IMG/VR virus record: IMGVR_UViG_3300030328_002066
Coordinates: 5,510 to 69,509 of that record
Length of the DNA: 64,000 nucleotides
Reading direction: 5' to 3' (one strand)
Source: a virus
Program-made: the position numbers and the translations under genes
In this document: in pieces, positions 19,131 through 28,141 of the stretch
Position numbering within the stretch: the stretch's first letter is position 1
Layout of the letters: each line of letters opens with the position of its first letter
Notes under the pieces: model-generated
The model's input: the letters and a program-made list of their open reading frames with translations, nothing else
What the model was told of the DNA's origin: nothing
The model's database searches: none

Positions 19131-19282
19131 TGATAGGATTAGGAGATATAATCTTTTATATTACTAAATTTACAGGCATAGCCTGGTTAACTCATAAATT
19201 ACATATGTTAACTGGGTTTGAGTGCAACTGTATGAAAAGACGTAAGTACTTAAACAAATTCGCAATTAAATGGCGGACGTAA
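19130..19282 (+). CDS. Small GLGD...CxC..R...LN phage protein
   Basis: TAATG coupling; MIGLGDII...ECNCMKRRKYLN. Confidence 0.65.
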   Translation: MIGLGDIIFYITKFTGIAWLTHKLHMLTGFECNCMKRRKYLNKFAIKWRT

Positions 19283-19707
19283 CTCTTACTCTTTGGAAAG
19301 ATTCCAGTACTGGTTGGAGATCTCGTTGGATAAGATTAGGGACTGGATCGTCATTAACTCACTGTACAGTTACAATAGGAGATAGAACTCTTCACATGGA
19401 CCCTAAAGTCCAAGGTTGGTTTCGTACAGATCTTTTATTTAGGACGTATAAAAGAACCTATTCTCATACACCAGAAAATAAAATTTATATTGGCTCAGTG
19501 GAAAATCCAGTCTATAAAAAACTGAAGAAACCAAAAAGTGGGGCTACTTGGTCCGTTATAAGATGGAAATACTTATACGGACCTCGTCCCTACTGTTGCA
19601 GCGTCGGTTGTATAGACGCTCTTAGAGACAACGGTTTTTATTGCCCTGAGCTTATTGTCCCAGAAAAATTAATAGGATACTTTAAACATGCTTATAATAG
19701 GCCTTAG
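19270..19707 (+). CDS. Putative permuted papain-like (NlpC/P60, YiiX-like) protein
   Basis: His (THCTV) precedes Cys (YCCS...DAL...G...IVPEKL), the permuted order. Confidence 0.45.
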   Translation: MADVTLTLWKDSSTGWRSRWIRLGTGSSLTHCTVTIGDRTLHMDPKVQGWFRTDLLFRTYKRTYSHTPENKIYIGSVENPVYKKLKKPKSGATWSVIRWKYLYGPRPYCCSVGCIDALRDNGFYCPELIVPEKLIGYFKHAYNRP

Positions 19708-20398
19708 CGGCAAAGCTCGCGCAGGGAAATCAAGGTTATGTAAAGAGTTATACGATGCAGCTGAAAAGCTAGGCTGGGATGTGTTTGTAAAGCCCTTTGC
19801 GGGGCCTTTGAAAAAGTACGTGTCTGAAGAGCTAGGGTTTACTAAGAAAGAAAACCCAAAAGAGTACCGAGAAAATTGTCAGCGTATTGGCGCAGAAAAA
19901 AGACAAGCAGATAAAGATCATTGGGTTTCATTGTGGTATAAAGATATGCTTGAAGAGCATTCTGATGAAATGGTAAACGCCGAAAGACCAGCTTTATACC
20001 TGGTTGATGATGTTCGTTATGCTAATGAAATAAAGATTTTGAAATCTTCAAAGGTAAACGCAACTCTTTTGTTTGTAAAACACCAAGGTAGGACTATTGA
20101 AGATCCAACAGGTGAATGGCGTTCTCATGAATCTGAAAAAATTGCTAACAAGTTTGAAGAAACAGAAGACTCTGTTCTTAAAACTAAGTATAATTACGAT
20201 TTTGTTATATACAATGATAAGCCAGAAGAGCAACTTCAACAGTGGGCTCTAAACTTTATTACATTCTTGTCTTCAAATGATCCGTGTTTATGCGAAGCTT
20301 GTACTTCAAACTATGAAATGCGGCAGCCAGACGGGGATAAAATAGATAAAGAGTTAAAAGAATTTCTTGAGGACATGCCAGGAGAAGACGATGAATGA
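19688..20398 (+). CDS. Deoxynucleoside monophosphate kinase
   Basis: IIGLSGKARAGKS, FAGPLK, Q-x-IG, DDVRY-x-NE, HESE. Confidence 0.88.
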   Translation: MLIIGLSGKARAGKSRLCKELYDAAEKLGWDVFVKPFAGPLKKYVSEELGFTKKENPKEYRENCQRIGAEKRQADKDHWVSLWYKDMLEEHSDEMVNAERPALYLVDDVRYANEIKILKSSKVNATLLFVKHQGRTIEDPTGEWRSHESEKIANKFEETEDSVLKTKYNYDFVIYNDKPEEQLQQWALNFITFLSSNDPCLCEACTSNYEMRQPDGDKIDKELKEFLEDMPGEDDE

Positions 20399-21137
20399 AG
20401 TACCCGACATAGCTATTTTAGATGCTGATATTATAGCGTACAAAGCAGCTTGTTGGGCTGAGTCAAATAATGCATCTCTTTCTGCTCTTTCAGATAGATT
20501 AGAATTTGATGTAAATTATTGGACTCCACCTGGTTTAAGTAGAAAGATACTTGCGTTTTCTTGTCCAAGAAAAGATAACTTTAGGAAAAAGATATGGCCT
20601 TCGTACAAAGACAATAGGAAAGGCAAACCAAGTCCTAAGTTTTTACCTATATGTAAAAAGATTCTGTGTTCTAATAACATAGCTACTGAACGTCCTACGT
20701 TAGAAGCAGATGATATTATCGGGTTGGGTATGGGGTCTATGAAAATGATAGGCGTTAGCTTAGACAAGGATCTTATGACTTGTCCTGGCTGGTTTTGGAA
20801 TCCAGAAAAGATGGACTTTCCAAAACTCATCTCAGTTGAGACTGCTGATTATTGGTTTCATAGACAATGGCTTATGGGGGATAGCACGGATAATATCCCA
20901 GGTATTCCAAAGATAGGTAAAGTAAAGTCTGAGAATCTTCTTAAAGATGTTTCTCCGGCGAACAGAACCCCCACTGTCCTGAAATTATATGAGGATAGAG
21001 GGCTTGATTTAGATTATTGTTTATCCCAAGCTCGTTGTGTTCGTATTCTACGTCATGGCGAATGGAATAAAGAAACCAAAGAAATATCTCTATGGTCTCC
21101 TAGCTGGGCGTTAACGCCTGAGTCTAAGAGAAACTAA
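20391..21137 (+). CDS. 5'-3' exonuclease (T7 gp6-like)
   Basis: DADIIAY, YKDNR, LEADD, DKDL, GDSTDNIPG; GGAG RBS before ATG 20391. Confidence 0.93.
   Translation: MNEVPDIAILDADIIAYKAACWAESNNASLSALSDRLEFDVNYWTPPGLSRKILAFSCPRKDNFRKKIWPSYKDNRKGKPSPKFLPICKKILCSNNIATERPTLEADDIIGLGMGSMKMIGVSLDKDLMTCPGWFWNPEKMDFPKLISVETADYWFHRQWLMGDSTDNIPGIPKIGKVKSENLLKDVSPANRTPTVLKLYEDRGLDLDYCLSQARCVRILRHGEWNKETKEISLWSPSWALTPESKRN
21106..21131 (+). promoter_or_regulatory. Putative phage RNAP promoter, copy 2
   Basis: 26/26 identical to 8060-8085; at the end of the exonuclease gene, upstream of dut. Confidence 0.75.
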
Positions 21138-21154
21138 GAGCTAAGATACTAAGA
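21124..21154 (+). repeat. Four CTAAGA iterons
   Basis: ctaagagaaa ctaagag ctaagata ctaaga. Confidence 0.6.
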
Positions 21155-21170
21155 AAACAAGGAGAGAACT

Positions 21171-21674
21171 ATGAATAAAGTAAATATTACTGAACACGAA
21201 CTAGACAACCATAAAGAATCTGTTGCGCATTCTTATATTGGAAACATCCCAAGAATTCGCTTTTGGACTAACCCAGGATCGCCAGAGCCCACTATTTCAA
21301 CTGCTGGGTCTGGTGGCTTAGATCTATTTGTGGATAATTTTCACGTTGAAGATAATCAACTTAAGATCCATACAGGTCTTTATATGGAAATTCCTAGAGG
21401 TCATGTTGGGCTTCTATTGCCCCGGTCCAGTACAGGATTAAAGGGCCTTCGCCTTAAGAATACGGTCGGTGTTATTGATTCCGATTACCGTGGCGAAATC
21501 CTTCTTATGGCTGATCGATTTGACGCAGAAGAAGAGCTTGTTGATATTGGCAAGAAAATTGCCCAGCTTATTATTGTCCCCGTATGTCCATTTCCAATGG
21601 AACAGGTAGGCAACTTTGAAGACCTTACTGTGACATCCCGCAATGCGGGGGGATTTGGTTCAACCGGAGAGTAG
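21171..21674 (+). CDS. dut: Trimeric dUTPase
   Basis: GSGGLDL, PRSS, GVIDSDYRGE, IAQ, RNAGGFGSTG. Confidence 0.96.
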   Translation: MNKVNITEHELDNHKESVAHSYIGNIPRIRFWTNPGSPEPTISTAGSGGLDLFVDNFHVEDNQLKIHTGLYMEIPRGHVGLLLPRSSTGLKGLRLKNTVGVIDSDYRGEILLMADRFDAEEELVDIGKKIAQLIIVPVCPFPMEQVGNFEDLTVTSRNAGGFGSTGE

Positions 21675-21675
21675 A

Positions 21676-23571
21676 ATGTATCCAGATACTTGGTCTGAAT
21701 TTAGTAGTTTCATACACCTTTCGAAATACAGCAGGTGGAATGAAGAACTTGGGCGAAGGGAAACATGGGAAGAAACCGTTGATCGGTGGTGGGCTTGGTT
21801 TACCAAGCAAGCCGCTGACAATGGTTTAATTCTTGATGACCCTTCCATTAAACAAGCTGTATTTGATAGACAAATAATGCCATCCATGCGTTCAATGATG
21901 ACAGCTGGTAAAGCTGCAGATAGAGATAATACATGTATCTTTAACTGCTCTTACTTAGAGCTAGATTCGCCTATCGCTATGGCTGAATTATTATATATTC
22001 TTATGAACGGTACTGGTGTAGGCTACTCAGTCGAACACCGTGTTGTTGATAAATGGCCCGCAGTTCCTCAAGTTATTACTAGGGACGAGGAAAAATTCCT
22101 TGTTCCCTCTGATAGCAAAGGGGGCTGGGCCGATGTAGTCAAATGGCTGCTTACGGATCTTTTAAACGGTCGTCACCCTACGTGGGAGCTTCATATGATC
22201 CGTCCGGCAGGAGCTAGGCTTAAGACCTTCGGAGGGCGTGCCTCTGGTCCTGAGCCCTTAGAAGATTGTTTACGTTTTATTACTAAGACAATCTACGGAG
22301 CAAGAGGACGAAAGCTTCGTCCTATTGAAATACACGACATAGCTTGCGTAATTGCCAATGCTGTCATTGTAGGTGGTGTAAGAAGATCAGCAATGATTTC
22401 TTTATCTGACCTGGATGATTCAGAAATGGCTAGGGCCAAGTCTGGAAACTGGTTTGAAACTAAGGGGTATAGAGCCTTAGCTAATAACTCAGCGGTCTAT
22501 GAACAGACTCCTGAGGTAGATAAGTTTATGGAGGAGTGGCTAACTATTTATAGAAGCTACTCAGGTGAGCGAGGTATCTTTAATCGCCAAGCTGCTAGAG
22601 TTTGCAGCGATATCATTGATAGGGATTCTAATCATTACTTTGGTACTAATCCTTGTGGTGAAATAACGCTTCGTCCTATGCAGTTCTGTAACTTAACGGA
22701 AGTTGTTATTCGTCCTGACATGAGCAGAGAAGAATTAGGTACACTCGTAGAACAAGCTACTCTAATAGGAGCAGTGCAAGCTACTTGTACTAAGTTTCCT
22801 TATCTTAGAAAAGGTTGGCATGATAACACAGCAGAAGAAAGCCTTCTTGGTGTTTCTTTAACAGGTATGTGTGACAACCCTGAGTTAGCGTTTAACCCAG
22901 ATGTTTTAGAAGAGATGCGTAGTCGAGCAAATAACTCGTCTAAGGCTTATTCAAATACATTGGGTATAAACGCGCCAGCTGCTGTAACTACTGTTAAACC
23001 TTCTGGTACAGTGAGTTGTTTAGTTGATTGCGCTTCAGGGATTCATGAACGCTGGAGCCAGCATTATATTAGACGAGCTAGGATGGATCTCAAAGATCCT
23101 CTTTGTAAACTAATGAAAGATGCTGGTGTTTTAGGCGCTCCTTGTATTAACAACCCTGGAAATACTTATGTATTTGATTTTCCTGTAGGCATAGATAGAG
23201 AAGTTCCTCGCGTAACTGCAATGGAACAACTTGAAAAATGGGCTTTAGTTAAGTTACATTGGACAGATCATAATCCATCCGTTACAATTAACTATAGACC
23301 TTATGAATACATGGAACTAGGTGCTAAGCTTTATTCAGAATATTGGGAATATGCTCAAGGTTTGAGCTTCTTGCCTAAATCTGATCATGTATATGCTCAA
23401 GCTCCTTATGAATCTATTACTAAGGAACAATACGATTGGCTAGTAGAAACTATGCCTAAAGTTCCTTGGGAAAAACTAAGTGAATATGAACTCGAAGATA
23501 ATACAAAGTCAGGGCAAGCCTTTGCTTGTACTGGCGGGTCTTGTGAGATCGTAGACACTACAGAAAATTAA
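21676..23571 (+). CDS. nrdJ: Class II (B12-dependent) ribonucleotide reductase
   Basis: FNCS, GGRASGPEPL, GGVRRSA, TNPCGEI, KPSGT, C-terminal CTGGSCEI; no small subunit gene nearby. Confidence 0.93.
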   Translation: MYPDTWSEFSSFIHLSKYSRWNEELGRRETWEETVDRWWAWFTKQAADNGLILDDPSIKQAVFDRQIMPSMRSMMTAGKAADRDNTCIFNCSYLELDSPIAMAELLYILMNGTGVGYSVEHRVVDKWPAVPQVITRDEEKFLVPSDSKGGWADVVKWLLTDLLNGRHPTWELHMIRPAGARLKTFGGRASGPEPLEDCLRFITKTIYGARGRKLRPIEIHDIACVIANAVIVGGVRRSAMISLSDLDDSEMARAKSGNWFETKGYRALANNSAVYEQTPEVDKFMEEWLTIYRSYSGERGIFNRQAARVCSDIIDRDSNHYFGTNPCGEITLRPMQFCNLTEVVIRPDMSREELGTLVEQATLIGAVQATCTKFPYLRKGWHDNTAEESLLGVSLTGMCDNPELAFNPDVLEEMRSRANNSSKAYSNTLGINAPAAVTTVKPSGTVSCLVDCASGIHERWSQHYIRRARMDLKDPLCKLMKDAGVLGAPCINNPGNTYVFDFPVGIDREVPRVTAMEQLEKWALVKLHWTDHNPSVTINYRPYEYMELGAKLYSEYWEYAQGLSFLPKSDHVYAQAPYESITKEQYDWLVETMPKVPWEKLSEYELEDNTKSGQAFACTGGSCEIVDTTEN

Positions 23572-23575
23572 TATG

Positions 23576-23611
23576 TAGCTAGGTCCTCGAAAGAGGATCT
23601 AGTTATTTTTT
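23576..23611 (+). terminator. Intrinsic terminator after nrdJ
   Basis: TAGCTAGGTCCTC-GAAA-GAGGATCTAGTTA followed by T6. Confidence 0.85.
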
Positions 23612-23631
23612 GATCTAATCTGGAGAACATA

Positions 23632-23886
23632 ATGTCTTATTTAAAATTAGACGCTATCTTACAGCGTCTTCGTAATGGTGTAACTATGCTGTCACCTGGA
23701 GAACAGCGAACAATTCTAAATCATTTAGTGGATCAAGTAGATGAGCTTAAAGGACAAATTGAAAGCCTTCGTCGACCCGAATCTACCGGCAGTTCTGAAA
23801 AAGAGGATGCCGGAAATAGAGTACGTCGAGGAAGAAAACCCAAGCAGAACCAGGGAGAAATTAGCTCGACGACAGGGGATGATTGA
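23632..23886 (+). CDS. Hypothetical coiled-coil protein
   Basis: GGAG RBS; 3' half overlaps the next ORF. Confidence 0.55.
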   Translation: MSYLKLDAILQRLRNGVTMLSPGEQRTILNHLVDQVDELKGQIESLRRPESTGSSEKEDAGNRVRRGRKPKQNQGEISSTTGDD

Positions 23887-23935
23887 TTTAATCGTCATCC
23901 TTGAGGCCATGATCCGCGAGCAGGAGAGAAAATAA
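23741..23935 (+). CDS. Hypothetical protein preceding head module
   Basis: TAATG-coupled to next gene; LKKRMP...QGMIDLI pattern like small pre-portal proteins of T7-like phages. Confidence 0.55.
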   Translation: MSLKDKLKAFVDPNLPAVLKKRMPEIEYVEEENPSRTREKLARRQGMIDLIVILEAMIREQERK

Positions 23936-25011
23936 TGGCTATATTTACAAGCGCTATTAATCAACGCGATCTTTATAGAGGATACGGCGATCGGCGTGGA
24001 AGTCAAAGAAGAGCTAATTTATTTTCAGCTAGGCTTGGTTCTAGGATGAAACAGTGGGGAGAACTTAGTAAAACTAATACTATGGAATTAACCTCTGATT
24101 TTGCTAATCCCAATTTTAGAGACATTAGAGAAGAGCGAGATGTAGCTGGAATAAGACAAGCTGAAAAGTTTTCAGAAAAAGCCGTAGCAAATCTTCAAAA
24201 ATCTAAGCTAACTGCTCCGGCATTAAGCGAAGGTTCTTATATTAAAAAAACTATGGAACGAAGACAGGCTTTACAGCAATCTAAAAGAGCTTTAGAAAAA
24301 GCTAATGAGTTTTACTCAAATATAGGCTCTACTTTTAGATTTGATGAGACAGGCTATACTCGTTTAGACCCTAGTGCAGATAAGTTTTACACTGAGTTTG
24401 ATGAAGCTGTTGAAAGACGTAAACAAGAATACGCTGAGATGTATGGTGCAGAATCTTTTGACGATTTAGGCGACTCTTATGCTCAATTTGGCAGTGACCG
24501 ATGGAATCAAATGGGTGAAGTCGGTCAACGTGATATTATGGATATGGTTATGTCAGATATTACAGGAATGTCTTATGAGGATTTAGTCGAACTAAATGCA
24601 TACCACGTTGCCGCAGAAGGTCATTACAACGAAGATTCTCGAAACAGACTGGATATGCGGGTTCGTTATGATACAAGCAGACTTGAAGATTATACTAGCG
24701 AACAACTAGAAGGTTTAAGAGAGTTTTATGCTTCATCAGGCGCACAGGGTATAAAAGCCGCTAATAAATTAGCTGCTGCAGAAGATGAATCCAGACGAGA
24801 GTCTGCTATAGCGTCTCAAAGAGCTACAATAGCTAGTCAACAAAAACGAAAGAAAACAGCTTCAGAAGAGTTATCAAAATCATCTGAAGAAATTCAACTT
24901 CAACTAAGAGAATTAGATGAAGATTTTATGAAAAACATCGGCTCGTTTAGAAGCGCGCCTAAAAAACGAAAAGTGCCTAAGGTTTCTTTTACAGAAGGCA
25001 GGCCTATTTAG
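23935..25011 (+). CDS. Hypothetical helical protein, possibly virion-associated
   Basis: 358-aa ORF, GGAG RBS. Confidence 0.7.
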   Translation: MAIFTSAINQRDLYRGYGDRRGSQRRANLFSARLGSRMKQWGELSKTNTMELTSDFANPNFRDIREERDVAGIRQAEKFSEKAVANLQKSKLTAPALSEGSYIKKTMERRQALQQSKRALEKANEFYSNIGSTFRFDETGYTRLDPSADKFYTEFDEAVERRKQEYAEMYGAESFDDLGDSYAQFGSDRWNQMGEVGQRDIMDMVMSDITGMSYEDLVELNAYHVAAEGHYNEDSRNRLDMRVRYDTSRLEDYTSEQLEGLREFYASSGAQGIKAANKLAAAEDESRRESAIASQRATIASQQKRKKTASEELSKSSEEIQLQLRELDEDFMKNIGSFRSAPKKRKVPKVSFTEGRPI

Positions 25012-25020
25012 GAGATAGTT

Positions 25021-25515
25021 ATGGGTGGCGCACCAACCGTTGATGGTGGAATGACTGAAGAACAATATAGAAAACTGCAGATGGAAGAGCGTCAGTTTAT
25101 GTCCGAACAAGAAGAGCGTCAGATGATGCTTATGAATGAGATGGAAGATAAACGAGTTCAACGCGAACAAGCAGAAAAGAAACGCCAAGAAAGGCTACGC
25201 TCTAAAGAAGAAGAAGCGTTAACCGATCTTGAAAATACTATTAGCGATGAAGTTAAGGGCTTAGACGAAGTCGCAAAAGGCGAAGATAAAGATATTGTTA
25301 TGGACTTCTATGGAAGTCTTGCTAAAAATACGCCAGGCGCTGAAGGTCCTTATAGATTACCAGACGGAACTGTGGCAAGCGGAAACGAAGGTGGAGCTGG
25401 AATGGGCGGGGCTGGAAAAGGCCGGGGTAGTAAGGGTGGCGGAAAGCCTTCTCGCATACCTGGGCAAGGTAAGTCAAAGACATCGGGCGGAAAACCAGGA
25501 GATAGGCCAAAATGA
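25021..25515 (+). CDS. Putative virion assembly protein (T7 gp7.3-like position)
   Basis: MGGAP start, coiled coil, Gly/Lys-rich tail, directly upstream of portal. Confidence 0.6.
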   Translation: MGGAPTVDGGMTEEQYRKLQMEERQFMSEQEERQMMLMNEMEDKRVQREQAEKKRQERLRSKEEEALTDLENTISDEVKGLDEVAKGEDKDIVMDFYGSLAKNTPGAEGPYRLPDGTVASGNEGGAGMGGAGKGRGSKGGGKPSRIPGQGKSKTSGGKPGDRPK

Positions 25516-27128
25516 ATTTAGCTAATGAACTCGAAGGCACTATCGCTGACCGTTTTTCTGAGCTAGATTCAAGACGTAGGTCGAAACTTGACAGAGCAAG
25601 AGAATGTGCTTTGTTAACACTCCCTAATCTATTACCCCCTGAAAATTGGTCTGAAGAATATGAATTATATCAGCCCTTTTCTTCTGTAGGCGCTCGTGGT
25701 GTTACAGCTTTAGCATCAAGAATGTTATCTGCGTTAATCCCTTTAAACGATCTTCCTTTTTTTACCTTTAGTTTAAAATCAGGCGTTGATCCAGAAGTAG
25801 ATACTAGTAATCTATTAAATACTATGTCTATGCAAGTCTATGAAAAGATGCGTAGTAAGAATATTAGAGAGTCTTTTTTTCAAGCTCTTCAAAGTCTTAT
25901 CGTAGTAGGTGATATTGCAGTTAAACTAGAAGAAGATTTTACAATTAGATGTATTCGCTTTGATCACTACGTTTCTATTAGAGATGTAGTAGGAGACTTA
26001 ATTGAGTTTATACATCTTGAGTTTGTCCCTGATGAAACGCCTTTACCTACTAACTCTCAAGAAACTTATGGGCATGGTATATGGAATCGCACTGGATTTA
26101 AAACTATTTTTTGTCGTTATGTATTAGATGAAGAAGGTAACTGGCATGGTCGAAAAGAAGATGACGAAGGTAACTTGATTGATGAAGGAGTCTTTGAAGT
26201 ATTTCCCTACGCTGTTCTTAGATGGAACTCTGTTGTAAGTGAAAACTACGGTCGGTCTAAGTGTGAAGAAATTTACGGAGACTTAAAGACTTTAGAAGCT
26301 TATACAGAAAGTTTAATTAACAGCATGGCTGCAGCCTCTACGTTCTTTATGGGCGTATCTCCTACGGGAGTTACAGAACTAACTGATTTAGCTTCAGCTC
26401 AAAATGGCGAATGGGTAGCTGCTAGGCAAGAAGATCTATATGTTCTTTCTCCTGCACAAACAATGAACCCTCAGATTCAACAAACTCAGAACAGCGTTGA
26501 GATGATGCGCCGAGAAATTGGCGAAGCTTTCTTAATGAACAGAGGCTCTATCAGAAACGCAGAAAGAGTTACTGCAACTGAAGTTCGAATGATTGGGCAA
26601 GAATTAGAACAGGTCTTAGGCGGCGCTTTTAGTGCAATTGCACGAGACTTGCTTGTTCCTATCATTAAACGAACTGTATACCTTATGGTAGAAGAAGGTG
26701 ATATCGATACTAGATTGGCTAAGGATTTCTTTGATTCCGATGGCCGACTATCTTTTGATATTATTACTGGACTCCAGGCCTTAAGTAGAGATACAGAGCT
26801 ACAAAAGCTTATGCAAATGGGTGAAATGGTTCGCAATCTTCCTGAACAAGCTGTTCAACATTTTAAGTTTGACGAATATGGCCGAGCTTTAATCTCTGCT
26901 CTTGGCTTTGATCCTAGTAATTGGGTTAAAGATCCTGCTGAGCTTGAAAAAGAAAAGCAAAAAGCTATGCTTGAACAACAACAAATGCAAATTGCTGGTA
27001 GCGCTGGTCAAGGCGTTGCTCAAGGCGTTGGCCAAGCAGCTGGAGCTGCTACAGAACAGATGGCTCCTCAGGTTATGGAACAAATCATGGCAGGTGGAGC
27101 GGCTCCTGTACAAGGAGGTCCAATGTGA
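25512..27128 (+). CDS. Head-tail connector (portal) protein (T7 gp8-like)
   Basis: SVGARGV-x-x-LAS, ENYGRS, AERVTATEVR, ELEQVLGG, TGLQALSR. Confidence 0.96.
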   Translation: MNLANELEGTIADRFSELDSRRRSKLDRARECALLTLPNLLPPENWSEEYELYQPFSSVGARGVTALASRMLSALIPLNDLPFFTFSLKSGVDPEVDTSNLLNTMSMQVYEKMRSKNIRESFFQALQSLIVVGDIAVKLEEDFTIRCIRFDHYVSIRDVVGDLIEFIHLEFVPDETPLPTNSQETYGHGIWNRTGFKTIFCRYVLDEEGNWHGRKEDDEGNLIDEGVFEVFPYAVLRWNSVVSENYGRSKCEEIYGDLKTLEAYTESLINSMAAASTFFMGVSPTGVTELTDLASAQNGEWVAARQEDLYVLSPAQTMNPQIQQTQNSVEMMRREIGEAFLMNRGSIRNAERVTATEVRMIGQELEQVLGGAFSAIARDLLVPIIKRTVYLMVEEGDIDTRLAKDFFDSDGRLSFDIITGLQALSRDTELQKLMQMGEMVRNLPEQAVQHFKFDEYGRALISALGFDPSNWVKDPAELEKEKQKAMLEQQQMQIAGSAGQGVAQGVGQAAGAATEQMAPQVMEQIMAGGAAPVQGGPM

Positions 27129-27388
27129 CTCTTAGTAAAAGCGCTCTATATTATAGAAAAAATAAATCAGCGCGAGATAAGAAAAAGAAATATGATACTA
27201 AGTATCATAAGACTGCATCGCGCCGTAAATATCGTTCTGAATTAAACGAAGAAAATCGCCGTCGCGGTACTTATGGAAACGGCGATGGTAAAGATGTCTC
27301 GCACACAAGACGGGGCGGTATGACTTTAGAATCTATGTCTAAAAACAGAGCCCGGCAAGGTGCGGGTGGAAAAAGAAAAAGGAAATAA
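27125..27388 (+). CDS. Small basic protein, degenerate HNH-like
   Basis: GNGDGKDVSH...NRAR; very K/R-rich; GTG start. Confidence 0.6.
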   Translation: MTLSKSALYYRKNKSARDKKKKYDTKYHKTASRRKYRSELNEENRRRGTYGNGDGKDVSHTRRGGMTLESMSKNRARQGAGGKRKRK

Positions 27389-27390
27389 AA

Positions 27391-28140
27391 ATGGCTTTCA
27401 CAATAGATAGCAGCGTGAATGACGATCAATTAGGAAAATCTAGAATAAAATTTCAACTTCAAACACCAAATAATACAGCTGGGTTCGAGCCTGGAGATTG
27501 GATTGAGCTAACTAGACGAGGTGGTCTAGTAAGAACATTTGTTTTTTGTGAGGCTGGTCACGATGTAGCATCTGGCGATACTATTGTAGCTACAGATCGA
27601 ATTTCAGATGCTGGATCAAATAATACAGCAGCCGATATTCTTGGAGCTACTTTTACTACGGATCGTACTTGTATTGCTGTAGTCGGAAATCTTGCTGGCG
27701 CTGCGGATAAAAACTATGTACTAGGTAACGCATTTAAAACTACAGTTCTTGCTACACCTGGTTTTGAAACCGGCTGGATAGGTACTTTCGGTACTTTTTC
27801 GGATACGGCCTCAGTGGAGGCCATCCTTTTTCGAGAAGAAAGCGACGGTTATGTACCTGTTCGGGCTAATATAGCGCAGAACGGTTTAGAGCAATCTGGA
27901 TCGGGAGATACTGTCGTTCTTTGTTCGGTAGTAAATAATGCTGTTAATAATCACGCTCTTTGGAATCAATATGCTACTGACATATCTCCCGGATCTGGTG
28001 ATAAGCATCAGCTCCTTATTATTGAGCTAATGCAGCAAAGTATGCTTCCTGCAAATAGTACTAATACTACTATTTTAGAAGCAGAATATGAAGCTAACTT
28101 TCTCCCTGCTTTAAGATCTTATAAGAAAAAGGTAAAGTGA
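27391..28140 (+). CDS. Hypothetical protein, probably structural
   Basis: Between portal and scaffold genes; Ala/Gly/Thr-rich. Confidence 0.65.
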   Translation: MAFTIDSSVNDDQLGKSRIKFQLQTPNNTAGFEPGDWIELTRRGGLVRTFVFCEAGHDVASGDTIVATDRISDAGSNNTAADILGATFTTDRTCIAVVGNLAGAADKNYVLGNAFKTTVLATPGFETGWIGTFGTFSDTASVEAILFREESDGYVPVRANIAQNGLEQSGSGDTVVLCSVVNNAVNNHALWNQYATDISPGSGDKHQLLIIELMQQSMLPANSTNTTILEAEYEANFLPALRSYKKKVK

Positions 28141-28141
28141 A

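Noticed and set aside
13174-23571. Inteins or group I introns in helicase, polymerase or RNR
   Set aside because: Protein lengths are compact, motifs are contiguous and no splicing signatures were seen
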